Source: Octopus sinensis
Lineage: Eukaryota
Reading direction: 5' to 3'
Assembly: GCF_006345805.1 (NCBI RefSeq)
Contig: NC_043014.1
Coordinates: 1,116,001-1,180,000, forward strand
DNA: 64,000 nucleotides
Shown here: in pieces, positions 14,701 to 26,310 of the stretch
Position numbering within the stretch: position 1 is the stretch's first letter
Layout: each line of letters opens with the position of its first letter
Position numbers and translations under genes: made by a program
Notes under the pieces: model-generated
Database searches by the model: none
What the model was told of the DNA's origin: nothing
What the model saw: only the letters and a program-made list of their open reading frames with translations

Positions 14701-15600
14701 TGTGCAAGAGAGACGATTGCGCTGGTATGGTCATGTGGCGAGAATGGATGAAGATAGGTGTGTGAGAAAGTGCCAATCCCTGGCAGTTGAGGGAACCCGT
14801 GGAAAAGGTAGACCCAGGAAAACCTGGGACGAGGTGGTGAAGCACGACCTTCGAACTTTAGGCCTCACTGAGGAAATGACAAGAGACCGAGACCTTTGGA
14901 AATATTCTGTACGTGAGAAGACCAGGCAGGACAAGTGAGCCCAGCCCACTTATGAATGCCTTTCCTCCCTTGGACACAAAGACCGGTTGAGGCAAGCGAA
15001 GTCGATATAGAACCTCATCCGACGACAGACACCCATGCCAACCCCCCATGCTTGCGAAGACATGTTGGGGCAAGCGAAATCGAAATCGAAACCGAATTGA
15101 ACCAGCCAGGATCCCTGGCCTGGTGGTACGTAAAAAGCACTATCCGACTCGTGGCCGTGGCACGTAAAATACTCCAATGCGACCGTACGACAGGCACCCA
15201 TGCCAACCCCCTTTGCTTGAGAGACATGTGGGGCAAGCGAAATCGAAATCGAATTGAACCAGCCAGGATCCCTGGTCTGGTGGTACGTAAAAAGCACTAT
15301 CCGACTCGTGGCCGATGCCAGCACCGCCTCGACTGGCTTCCGTGCCGGTGGCACATAAAATACACCAATCTGACCGTGGCCGTTGCCAGCCCCGCCTGGC
15401 ACCTGTGCAGGTGGCACGTAAAAAGCACCCACTACACTCACGGAGTGGTTGGCGTTAGGAAGGGCATCCAGCTGTAGAAACATTGCCAGATTAGACTGGG
15501 CCTGGTGCAGCCTTCTGGCTTCCCAGAACCCCGGTCGAACCGTCCAACCCATGCTAGCATGGAGAACGGACGTTAAACGACGATGATGATGATGATGATG
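11755..15600 (+). mobile_element. Near full-length RTE-clade LINE retrotransposon
   Basis: Single long ORF with APE and RT domains, ~660-nt 3' UTR ending in a (GAT)n tail, flanked on both sides by (TA)n. Confidence 0.95.
11969..14938 (+). CDS. RTE ORF: AP endonuclease + reverse transcriptase + PHD-like zinc finger (true start probably 11835, across a 1-nt frameshift)
   Basis: APE motifs QE, AGDFNGHVG, SQIDYIL, QHRLV; RT motifs NYRGIKLL, QFGF, GVHQGSVLSPLLF, LLYADD, FRYLG; finger CSIC..CTQC..WTHKRC..CGRC; RTE C-terminus RLRWYGHV..GRPRKTW. Confidence 0.95.
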   Translation: MLERRRVDVCCMQEIRWRGGSARVLTGKEHRYKIFWAGNTDGVGGVGILIAEKWIDRVIEVIRVSDRILKIRIVLHNRLATIISAYAPQPGLPDGQKDSFYDTLLQTTSSTNDRDLLFVAGDFNGHVGRHAGGFHGVHGGYGYGSRNEEGTRLLEFCDANSLMVCNTNFRKPTSHLVTYRSGRHTSQIDYILARKRERWLLINAKTFPGEECTPQHRLVVSDFRIRTKRATRRRPTWRRRVWKLKAPANGQRFRDMLLEAFDEVEGGIATHGVEDNWTFLRDNLLKAADQICGWCKVPLRPKITWWWNNIVDRAIRQKKQAWKAWKNGGSREGYQTARREARRQVYLARGEADKRKFANVLRREDERLEVFRVARQCVRENHDVVGEKCVRMEDGSLALNEDAKREAWRRHYERLLNEENEWDKESLPNVDPTEGPAIRVDSSVVAKAIRSMKTGKAPGPSGITAEMLKISGSVGYNLVTRIVNQVIHKGVIPNDWCSSILVNCYKGKGDALDTNNYRGIKLLDQVMKVTERVIAQLIRERVSLDEMQFGFVPGKSTTDAIFLVRQLQEKYLAKDKPLYLAFVDMRKLLIGSRSLIWWSMRKLGIDEWLVRTVQAMYRDAVSKVRVGNMYTEEFKVEVGVHQGSVLSPLLFIIVLQAITEEFKTGCPWELLYADDLALIAESLSELEEKFQVWKEGLESRGLRVNLAKTKVLISRKVDNPQISSGRWPCSICRKGVGRNSIRCTQCKLWTHKRCSNVKGRLTGKIVFVCGRCSGALTSENLQKTTSVTFQGEKLEVVDSFRYLGDQVSSGGGCAESVTARIRIAWAKFRELLPLLVTKGLSLRVKGRLYDACVRTAMLHGSETWAVTAEDMRKLVRNEASMLRWMCNVSVHTRQSVSTLREMLYLRSISCGVQERRLRWYGHVARMDEDRCVRKCQSLAVEGTRGKGRPRKTWDEVVKHDLRTLGLTEEMTRDRDLWKYSVREKTRQDK

Positions 15601-15640
15601 ATATATATATATATATATAGAGAGAGAGATATAAATAAAT

Positions 15641-15677
<37 letters not shown>

Positions 15678-16011
15678 TATATACACACATATACATGTAT
15701 AAAGACATACACATATATAATATATATATATATATACAATTATATATATATTCATATGAATACACATACATATGTATATATATGTGTGTGTGTATGTATG
15801 AATATATAAATAATAATAATAATAATGAGTATGATGAAGTAGCATTTCATGAATTTTAATTTAGATTTCGATTTAAATACAGCTTAAATGTTAAATGTTA
15901 AATACAGTGAACATTTGGAGAAATCCCTTATAACATGTATATATATCAGAAATATTGAATTTCTAAATATCTCGTAGAGATATGTACGATGGTAGGGCGA
16001 TAGAATGGTTG

Positions 16012-16116
16012 TATACTGTCAATTTAACGTGACAGTAGGGGATTGAGGCGTCGATGCTTCCTAGGGCTAAACAGCAGTGGTGTAATCCCCTACTGTCACG
16101 TTAAATTGACAGTATA
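16012..16116. repeat. Foldback element, 33-bp perfect arms
   Basis: TATACTGTCAATTTAACGTGACAGTAGGGGATT and its reverse complement. Confidence 0.9.
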
Positions 16117-16236
16117 AAACTATTGTATATATATATATATATTGATAAATACGATATGATAACAAAAGAAAGAAAGAGACCTCGATATTATGTAAATAGA
16201 GGAATTTATCTGTAAATGTAATATATATATATTTAC

Positions 16237-16288
<52 letters not shown>

Positions 16289-16465
16289 AAACTCTGAGTT
16301 TTATCTTGGCTACCGAATAATTTTCACATACTACATTCACAGATATATATATATATATAGCTAAGGCAAGGCAGAAAAAGGAGAAGATATTCAACTGACA
16401 AACATCACCAAGATCTATATATTAATTACAATCATAGGAATAAATAAATAAATAAATGCAACCCT

Positions 16466-16558
16466 ACTCTTACAGCTGTTTCTGCTTTAGGGGTCCAGCA
16501 TGCCAAAGTTGACACAAAAATTATGCAAAAACTGAACCCCAAAGCTTCATCAGAGAGC
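16466..16558 (-). ncRNA. Type I hammerhead ribozyme motif (Penelope pLTR type)
   Basis: Minus strand reads GCUCU-CUGAUGA-A-[GCUUUGGGGUUCAG...CUGGACCCCUAAAGC]-A-GAAAC-AGCU-GUA-AGAGU: intact core, stems I and II, palindromic stem III. Confidence 0.75.
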
Positions 16559-16559
16559 T

Positions 16560-17090
16560 TAAACCCCAAAATGAAAAATCTAATTGAGAAAAACACCTTA
16601 CGGAATAGCAGATGTCAACCAAAAAATCTTAAAAGACACCTTACAAGGGCAGAATTCAAATTAGAGAATGAATCAGAATTCTTAATAAAATAATGTGGAG
16701 ATAGGAGATGTGGAACATGCAACAACATCAACAACTTCAAATACTTGGAAAGTGGTTCCCACATAAAATTTGAGAGCAGATCTCTTTTCAAAATAAATGC
16801 AGATATGAACTGGAAAGCACAAAACTTCATATACTGCATAACCTGCCCAAACTGCAAAGAAAATTACATTGGCAAAACAAATAATTTCCTCTGCCAACGT
16901 GCAAGAATCCACAGGCAACATATCTGACAAGAAGAATTATGCAAGATTCCATTGAGTAAGCATCTGGAAATATGCGGCAACGGAAAATTCAAAATTTTTC
17001 CCTTTTACAAATGTGCACAGGATGATCCACAATACCAAAAAGCAATGGAACTTCATTTCATCAAAAAATTCCCTCCAAAATTGAATGATT
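16560..17090 (+). mobile_element. Penelope-like element 3' fragment (GIY-YIG endonuclease pseudogene)
   Basis: CGDRRCGTC..., NFIYCITCPNCKENYIGKT..RARIHRQHI with stops and frameshifts; adjacent hammerhead motif. Confidence 0.8.
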
Positions 17091-17254
17091 GAAAGAAAAG
17101 CTGAGACAGAACATTTTACATTATAAATATAACTCATATTGGAAACATAATACTCATCTCTGTAAATATCCAGATGTATATGTGTGGCCTTGAGATGTAC
17201 TGAGCTTTGCATGTTTTTTTTTAATTACCATCTTCATCATCATCATCATGTACG

Positions 17255-17640
17255 TTGGATGTGTAATGTCTGTGTGCATACATGACAGAGTGTAAGCGCC
17301 CCAAGAGAAAAGTTAGACAAAGGAAGCATCAAATGTGGTGTGCAAGAAAGACGACTGTGCTGGTATGGTCATGTGTTGCGTATGGATGAGGACAGCTATT
17401 TGAAGAAATGTCACACCCTAGCAGTGGAGGGAACCTGTGGAAGAGGTAGACCCAGGAAGACATGGGATGAGGTGATGAAGCATGATCTTTGAACATTGGG
17501 CCTCATAGTGGCAATGATGAGTGACTTTGACCTTTGGAGATATGCTGTGATTGAGAAGACTTGGCAAGCCAAGTGAGATTGCAGTCATGGCCAATGAGAG
17601 TATCTCATATTTGGCCCCTTTAAAAGCACCCTTCAATCGT
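17255..17640 (+). mobile_element. RTE 3'-end fragment
   Basis: Similar to 14620-14940 (CGVQERRLCWYGHV..GRPRKTWDEV). Confidence 0.85.
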
Positions 17641-17654
17641 TGGCTGATATGCCA

Positions 17655-17978
17655 CGCTTGTGAAGTTAACGTGCAAGTGGCTGAGCACTCCACAGACACG
17701 TGTACCCTTAATGTAGTTCTCGAGGGAGATTCAGCGTGACACAGAGAGCGACAAGGCCGGCCCCTTTGAAATACAGGTAAAACAGAAACAAGAAGAAAGA
17801 GTGAGAGAAAGTTGTGGTGAAAGAGTACAGCAGGGTTCGCCACCAGCCCCTGCTGGAGCCTAGTGGAGCTTTAGGTGTTTTTGCTCAATAAACACTCACA
17901 ACGCCCGGTCTGGGAATTGAAACCGTGATCCTACGACCACGAGTCTGATATCCTAACCACTGGGCCATTGCACTTCCA
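17655..17978 (-). mobile_element. SINE family C head with a third 3' tail
   Basis: Same head and body; tail related to ~58440-58610 and ~19410-19560. Confidence 0.8.
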
Positions 17979-18235
17979 CACACATATAGGCGTGTGTGTG
18001 TGTGGGTATTAGTGTATATGTCTATATAATGCATGGGATACCAACTTTTTGACTTTTAAACAGTTTTAGACATTTTCTCTCACACGGTTTCTGCATTTTC
18101 ATAACATTTTTAGAGTTTCCCTCCTCCTTTCTCTCTTTTTTCCCCTCTCTCACTTCTACACACTCCCTTTATATTTTTTACACGTCTTCTATCACTGCAA
18201 TTCTCTCTCTCTCTCCCTCCCTCTCTCTCACTCTC

Positions 18236-18270
<35 letters not shown>

Positions 18271-18506
18271 ATACAATTCCTACTCCCACCTTCCCTCTCC
18301 AAATATCAATGTTGTTTGCACATCTTGAAAGTCTCTCCTAACTTTATGCATCCACAAAACAGTAGCCTGACATTTAGTTATCTCTAACAGTGGTGGTGGT
18401 GGTGGTGATGGTGGTGGCGGTGGTGGTGGTGGTGATGGTGGTGGTGGTGGTGGTGGTATATAAATGTATATGTACATGCATATACATTTATATACATTTA
18501 TATAAA

Positions 18507-18737
18507 GGCGGCGAGCTGGCAGAAATGTTAGCACGCCGGGCGAAATGCGTTGCTGTATTTTGTCTGCCATTATGTTCCGAGTTCAAATTCCGCCGAGGTC
18601 GACTTTGCCTTTCATCCTTCCAGGGTCGATAAATTAAGTACCAGTTACGCACTGGGGTCGATGTAATCGACTTAATCCGTTTGTGTGTCCTTGTTTGTCT
18701 CCTCTGTGTTTAGCCCATTGTGGGTAGTAAAGAAATA
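18507..18737 (+). mobile_element. tRNA-derived SINE, family B (GGCGGCGAGCTGGCAGAA head)
   Basis: GAGTTCAAATTCC B box; central GCCTTTCATCCTT..GGGTCGATAAA..AGTACCAG domain. Copies at ~55-212, 40906-41134, 41174-41378, 46707-46938 and 46960-47175. Confidence 0.85.
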
Positions 18738-19953
18738 TATACATTTATATGTATATATGTATGTGTATATACACAAGCATACATGTATATATATTTACCT
18801 ACATACACACACACACAAACATATACATACATACACACATACATACATACACACACATACATACATACATGCATACACACATACATACAGCCATACAGCC
18901 ATACATACATACATACATACATACACGCATACATACATACAGCCATACATACATACACGCATACATACATATGTGCGTATGTATATATGCATGTATGCTT
19001 CCATGTGAGGGATAGTGATGTTTGTGATGATATCAGTGTTGGCAGTCATGGTAGGATTGTCCTTGGGGTGGCAATGAGCTGTCATCTGCAGTTATATGGC
19101 CATCAAACAGCTAAATAAGTCGCCCATTAAAGGAATTGGTAATTCGGGTTGGGTATACAAAACCATTAAAATAATGCGACTGAGAGGACAATGGAAGAGT
19201 TGATGGACCCGGGTGAATTACTGGTACATGGTGGGTTTTACTCCAATTGCATCTCAGATATTGGTAGACTGGACGTTTACACCTTGTTGGAAGATACTAT
19301 TAAACCAAAAGTAATCTTAGGTGGTCCCAAACCTTGTGAGTGATATTGGGTACATGGAAACTGCATCAAAGCCCTTTTCGGGGGTGGGGTAGTATTTGTG
19401 GTTTAAGGATTCAGACTTGTCCTGATGTGTCACACTAGTTCTTCTTAAGAATTACATCAAAGGTGCACAGGCCTGTGGAATACTCAGTCATTTAAACATT
19501 TATTCAGGGACAGGTAATTCTGCTGATTGAACACGTGAATACTCATCGTCGAACACCGACGGAGATCCATCAGGTGTCTACAGTAGATTATGTTATATTG
19601 AGAAGATGAGTAAATGATTATTGTCTGAGATAAACATCTAAATTCGTGGTATTTGATGCAGTTATTGCAGCCACTCACTCGTGCAGCTGCGAAATAGGTA
19701 ACGTTTACCATTTATAGAATATGGCACCAGAAATATCTGAGGAAAATCAGTTGCATCCCGTGATGGATCAGATGAAAGTCAGTGTGTTCTAACAAGCCAA
19801 TATCAGCTACATTAAAACCACGATTATATAACATTAGCTTGTCCATTTGAGCGAGAATGAAATTTGCTTAACAGGTACAAACGCAGGATAAAATTTTTTT
19901 ATGATCAAGGTCGACTTTTTTTCAGTCTTCATATCAAAACATTCACAGATATA

Positions 19954-20370
19954 GGTGCAGGAGTGGCTGTGTGGTAAGTAGCTTGTTTATCAACCACATG
20001 GTTCCGGGTTCAGTCCCACTGTGTGGCACCTTGGGCAAGTGTCTTCTACTATAGCCTTGGACTGACCAAAGCCTTGTGAGTGGATTTGGTAGACGGAAAC
20101 AGAAAGAAGCCTGTCGTATATATGTATATATATATATGTTTGTGTGTGTGTTTGTGTGTCTGTGTTTGTCCCCCCACCATCGCTTGACAACCGATGCTGG
20201 TGTGTTTATGTCCCCGTTTCTTAGCGGTTCGGCAAAAAGAGACCGATAGAATAAGTACTGAGCTTATAAAAGAATAAGTCCCGGGGTTGAGTTGCTTGAT
20301 TAAAGGCGGTGCTCCAGCATGGCCACAGTCAAATGATTGAAACAAGTAAAAGAGTAAAAGAGTAAAAGAG
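19954..20370 (+). mobile_element. tRNA-derived SINE, family A (GGTGCAGGAGTGGCTGTGTGG head), full length
   Basis: A/B boxes (TGGCTGTGTGG, GGTTCAGTCCC), CCTTGGGCAAGT core-like motif, internal microsatellite, (AAAAGAGT)n tail. Further copies at ~2186-2450, 4712-5078, 39643-39805 and 50538-50705. Confidence 0.85.
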
Positions 20371-20834
20371 ATATAACCAAAATAATTATAATTATATTTG
20401 TGCATCAATCAAATGAAATCAATCCAATTATGGAAAACCAAAGTTTCAAATCAGTCCAAAAATGTTTCTACGTTCGTTCGTTTTAGTGAAGAAGTATTTC
20501 AGGAGAATACTCAAAGCTTTATCGTTTCCCCTGAAATCTTAGGGGTTTGGTTGCACTCCCAGCACCCATATTTCCGAGCCTGTCCTCTTATGCAAATGTA
20601 CAAACAAACCAAACAACTGTTTTACTCACAGCTGAACAGTCCCCGTCAAAGGTCGTCCAACTCTATCCATCTCATCTTTTTCTCGGATCTTGTGTACGTA
20701 GAACTGCATTATCTTATGTGTCGATCTATTTGAAATGATGTAGGGTTTCAATTGAGAAGGATCTAACTACTCTTTCTAGCATGCTAGGCGACTGCATAGA
20801 TCCACCCCTACCATCCCCTTCGTCATTTCAAGTA

Positions 20835-21346
20835 CTGTAAATCCTCGAGTATAGTCCGCCCTTGAGTATAATACGCAGGAGATTTTTAGGGGGGCTGTAC
20901 CTCTGAAAAACCTAAACCTTGCGTATAATACGCACCCCTTCTCCAACCCGAGTCAAGGAGGTCTATATAACATCCTTGGTTTGTAAAACTGTATACGGTA
21001 ACGTCCTTTATTATTTTGGTATATATAACATAATGCAAACGTGTAGCTTTTTTGAGCATTTTTTTTGCAGAAAATAAAGAAATAACAGTAATAACGTTTA
21101 ATAAATGTTGCGTATTGCAAGTTATGGATGATTCTTTTATGACTTCATTGCTTTCAGGCTTAGCTTAAGGGATTTTCACACCCGACATCAGAAAATGCGT
21201 CTGAATAAACATTGCCTGACAGCAAATAGGGACTTGGACATTGCTTAGAAAATATTTTTCATTTTTAACCTCGTATATAATACGCACTGGGGATTTTGAC
21301 CATTAAATTTTGGGAAAAAATGCGGATTATACTCGAAGATTTACGG
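20835..21346. mobile_element. Tc1/mariner-pogo-type MITE
   Basis: 25-bp TIRs CTGTAAATCCTCGAGTATAGTCCGC / GCGGATTATACTCGAAGATTTACGG (3 mismatches), TA on both sides. Confidence 0.85.
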
Positions 21347-21889
21347 TAATTCCCCGAGCTGTGACAGCAGTCAGCTGGAAGGGATGGAAATTCAAGGGGA
21401 ACAACTTTTCCCCGAGGTGAAAAACCGTCGTTCAAGGGAGGTAACTTTGTCTCGAGGTCAGTAAAACGAATTGAGTGAATGACCTCCACCACCAAAGCAA
21501 TGAAATCGAAGGTAGACGTACGATATCCGGACAAAAGACGATGTGGTCACGGTTGGAATGGTTTTCATTGTAGGTCTGTTCAATAATCACCGACCTGGAG
21601 CTAATCAATGCCAGATGCAATTACTGTTACAACCCAAAGCTTCAGTCTCTTCGAATTCCATTAAAACCGGTTTTGTCAATGATCTCATGAAGGCTGAGAC
21701 TGTGTCATTAATAAAATACCAATTCTAGCGATTATCCTTAAGCACCATCATTAATCAAGCAATACGAATGTCTATCCTCACAGACTATCTCCGACCAATT
21801 CCATTGGCGATGCTTCCAGTCACAGTCCCAAACCGTTTTAAGGGGTTTTGTTTCACTCGTTTGACCTGGAGGAAGAAGCAGGGCATATG

Positions 21890-22330
21890 ACCTTTGCACG
21901 TCATCCTAAACTGATGAGACTGATGCTGGTAAAGTTCGTCTTGAAACTTTTTGGGTGAATACCTGCAAGAAAGACATGAACGGGAAAAGGAGTTCCAGGG
22001 GGTTAATATTCTATGGAGGAAGTAATTGGATGAGTGTGAGGCTGGTTGGGTAGGAAACCCAACGAAGAATGGTTTAGAGGTGAGAGACGATGGGTTGGGA
22101 CTGCCCGAGTGAAGGATGCAAGAGGTCAGTCAGTTCCATGGAGCAGAGGCCATTATAGTTGCTGGAGGAAAGATTGAGAGAAGACACAGCTGGGGAGGGG
22201 GGTCTCTGAGTTTCTGCTAAGGAATTGGCTGATCTTTGTTTGGGTGATGTCTGAGATGTGTGTGTGTGTAGAGCTGAAGCATAGTTCTAGACGTGGGAGC
22301 CATACTCAGTCGAAGTCCTCACCTACCAAT
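21890..22330 (-). mobile_element. Decayed CR1/Jockey-group LINE 3' fragment
   Basis: Degenerate VR..EYGSHVW and SF.PR...WNS.P..VF..FK-like motifs on the minus strand. Confidence 0.5.
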
Positions 22331-25300
22331 TCCAGTGACTATAGCGATGTCCTAACAAAGATATTCCTGGATGGAATACTCAAAGAGAAAACAATGCCTG
22401 GATATGGTAATTAGTGTTGATGAAGACAAATTAGCATCGTAACTTTTGAAATTTGCTGTTTCTTATGAAAAGGAATGACTGATATTCTTTGAGAGCAGTA
22501 AAAATGGTCAACAGTGTTTACTGAGAAGATTTCACAAGACTATTCTCACCACATTACCACAAATCCCATCGATAAAGTGAGTCAGAAATGTATTGTGATC
22601 CAGTTTCACAGAACATCATGTTTGGAATGAATTAACAAAATTCACAAAAGTACAATGTAGGTGGTCAATCAGAGAAAAAATGTACTTTTTAAACAATAAA
22701 AAATTGTGAAAGCTCTCTTCTGTGTTTGATATTCTAATACAAAAATTGGAGATACTCATTTCGGGAGCAGAAATCTGTTTGGTGTGAGCAATACAAGGTA
22801 TTAAGTGGCTTTAAAAATGAGCCTTAAAGAGTTTAATGATGAATTTGGTAGAGACGTGTCTATGACTTTGGAACCTGTTCTTTATTTTAAATTCAATGCC
22901 TGGTCTATTTTAATGCTATTGTTGTTTGGTGGAATCTCTGATGCTATTCAGAAGAACCATAGAGTATCGTAATAAACTGGTATTGTCTCAGAACCATAAA
23001 CTGTCTGCAGCAGAAGATTATTGTCTGTGGCATCCCAGCCATGGTGATAATAAATGTTCATTGAAGCCTAGAATCACTGATTTGTAAACTTTCTGACATT
23101 GAAACAGGTTTGCACCAAAACAGATGAGAAATATTTTAAGTCATTTCCTGAAATTGCTGGCTACAAACTATAGAAGATGGAAACAAATTGTTAAAATTAG
23201 ACAGTGAATCAAAAGTCATTACTTTGATGCATTAATGAACACCTTAGAAAGGGACAATTCTTGTTCAGATAATTCCTCTGTTGATAGTCTTGGGGACTCC
23301 AGAAAAGAAATATTTTAATCAAACACTTATTAAGAGTCAATGTCTTGTTAGATTAACCAGTTCTATGTGTGGCATCTCTAGAATCAGCTGTTTTAATCTA
23401 CAAAAGTGCTTCTACAATTTCTTCAACTTACCATATGCCAATTTCCATTTGATAGGAATTCTGCTGGCATCATTGATGTCAAACAGCCAACTGACTAAAA
23501 ACAATTCTGTCAGAAAGAAACAAATATTTTTTATTTTGTTTTGGAGAAAGGAAAGAATGACTGGACTCTGGTGATAAGACTGAACTTCCAAACAGATTCT
23601 GTGGAATGGATGGAAAATGGTAAACCATGTTTTACACGGTCCATTGCATCCTGGGACCTTCACAAAGTCTGTGATGACACCATCAGTTGTGTTACTGATC
23701 TTACCTAATTACCTACCTACCAAAAAATCTCACTTACCTAACTACCTCTCTCTCTCTCTCTCTCTTTCTCCCTACCTATCCCCTACCTGCCTTCCCACCC
23801 ATCTCCCTTCCTCCCTCTGTACCTGTCTATATTAAAACATTTAACCACCATAGCCAACACCAGTTTTCTTAAGGCAATACATCAAAGGTTAAGGCCTTTT
23901 TCCTAGGCCCTACAGCATAGTTATTCCCTCTTCCCCTGGATAGGACGCCAGCCCATCATACGATAGCTCACTTTTGCCAGCTGAGCAGATTGGGATAAAC
24001 GTGAAATGAAGTGTTTTGCTCAACAAAACAATGCATCACTTGTTCCAAGAATTGAAACCACAATTCTATAATTGTGAGTGCAACACCCTGACCACAAAGC
24101 CACAGGTATAGTTGACCCCTTCCATCTACCTAACCTGTTCCCTAATAATAACCCCTTTTATTTAAATGAATCCTCCCACAAACCCCCACCCCACCCTGCA
24201 CCATTGTTCTGTTATTGCCTATCAGACTTTACTAATGTTTTGCTATCAAAGAACTTGCTTAAGAAGACATCGATTCCATGTTTAGGATGGAGTGGAGGTG
24301 GTGGTGATGCTGATGGTGGTGACAGTGGGGGTGGGTGGGTAGAGCCACTTTTTTTTTAGATATTTGACAGACATTCCAGAAGAGAGAAATGAAAAAAATG
24401 TTCAGGCAGGAATTGAACCTGATTTCGGTGGAACATCAAAAATCAATGAGGAATATCTGACTGCTGGATTTGATCCTTGAAGTGTGACCTTCGCCTTTCA
24501 CACAGTTTTAGTGTGAACAAAGGTCAGAGGTTACAGTCAGGGTTTGACAAAACGAAGCCGCCATAGAGAACAGGACCAGAACAGTTGTCTCCCTTGTCCA
24601 CGGCTCTTCGGTATCTCAGGGTCACACACCTTCCCACCAACACTCACCTCTTTCTAAGCAAGATTCTATTTCTTGATGGCCAGACACGGGTTTTGCAGGT
24701 GATTAGAAGAGTATAACCTCACGTGTATGACTGGTATGCTCATTTGCAACCACCAATTGATATCTACACTAGAATACACACATACACATATATAATTATA
24801 TACTGGTGCCTGGCCCTATTCCAGAAGACCCTGCAGCAGAAGTACTAGGACCAATCCTTCTGGTGGTGTAAAGCGTCCATGTGGTGAAATGTAAAGGAGC
24901 CTGTGCGGCACCACATAAAAGCACCCAGTGTATTTTATAAAGTGGTTGGCATTAGGAAGGGCAGCATCTGTAGAAACTGTAGCAAATCAGACTGGAGTCT
25001 GGTGCAGCCCCTCAGCTTAGCAGCCCTGGTCACACTGTCCAACCCATGCCAGCATGGACAGTGGACGTTAAATGACGATAATGATGATACACACATATCC
25101 TTATACATCATCATCATCATCATCATCTTTGTTTAACGTCTGCCTTCCATGCTGACATGGGTTAGATGGTTTCACAAGTGCCGGCCAGGCTGAAGCCTGC
25201 ACCAGATTTCTGCGACTGTTTTGGAAGGATTTTTACAGCCAGATGCATTTCCTAACATCAACCACTTTACAGTGTGGACTGAGTGCTTTTTAAGTGGCAC

Positions 25301-25679
25301 CTGCACTGACAGGGTCACCAAGTACCTTGCAGGACAAATAAGGTCTGGAAATGGCTGCCTCCAAAGAGAGCGGCATGAACACCACTACGTCGGTTATTTC
25401 TATCAGAGTGAGATGCTAGACATGTTTCCCTCATTCCCTCTATGATAACCTTTGACACTAACATGACCTTTACAATTATGTGACCTTCACGTGACCTTTG
25501 TGACGTCATGACCTAAGTATGACCTTTGTACATGACAAGGGACATCCTTCTTTTGACCTTTCAGCTGAGCACACACATACAATTATTTCTTAACGAGCAA
25601 TTAATCACAGTTGCAAGTTCTGCAACATACAATTATAGATCTGGATCGTAATGGCAAGGAGTGGGGGGAGGGCTGCGAG

Positions 25680-26181
25680 TAGTGGTGGTGGTGGTGGTGG
25701 TTGTTGTGGTGGCAGTGGCGGCGGTAGTGGTGGTGGTTGAAGTTTGTGCTAGTTGTGGTTGTAGTAGTGGAAGTGGTGTTAGCAGTGATGGTTGTGGTGG
25801 TAGATGTAGCGGTGTGGATGGTGATGGTCATGGTGATGTTGCAAGGGTGGTGGTGGTGGTGGTTATGGACATAGCGATGTGTAGGTAGGGTGGTGGTGTT
25901 GTAGTAGGGTTGAAGTAGTGGTTGTGATGGTGTCTTAGTAGCATGGTGTTGGTTGTAGTGCTGGTGTTGGATTGATGGTGATGGTGGAAGTGGTGGGGTA
26001 ATGGGGAATAGAGGATGAGGAGACATGGTGGATAATGGTGTAGGGAGAGGTGGAGGTAGACATGGGGATGGGGAGTGATGTGGGGTGGAAGCTGTGGAAG
26101 AGAATCGCCACCACCTTCATCATCACTACCACCATCATCACCACCACCACCACTGTCATCATCTTCATGATCATCATTTCC

Positions 26182-26213
<32 letters not shown>

Positions 26214-26254
26214 CACCAGCATCATTATCATCATCATCGTTGTCATCGTCGTCG

Positions 26255-26296
<42 letters not shown>

Positions 26297-26310
26297 ACAG
26301 CAGCAGCAAT
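25680..26310. repeat. (GGT)n then (CAT/CAC/CAA)n trinucleotide low-complexity region
   Basis: Direct inspection. Confidence 0.9.

Noticed and set aside
14950-15771. 273-aa and 173-aa ORFs after the RTE ORF
   Set aside because: Fortuitous frames across the repetitive 3' UTR and flanking microsatellite, with no domain signature.
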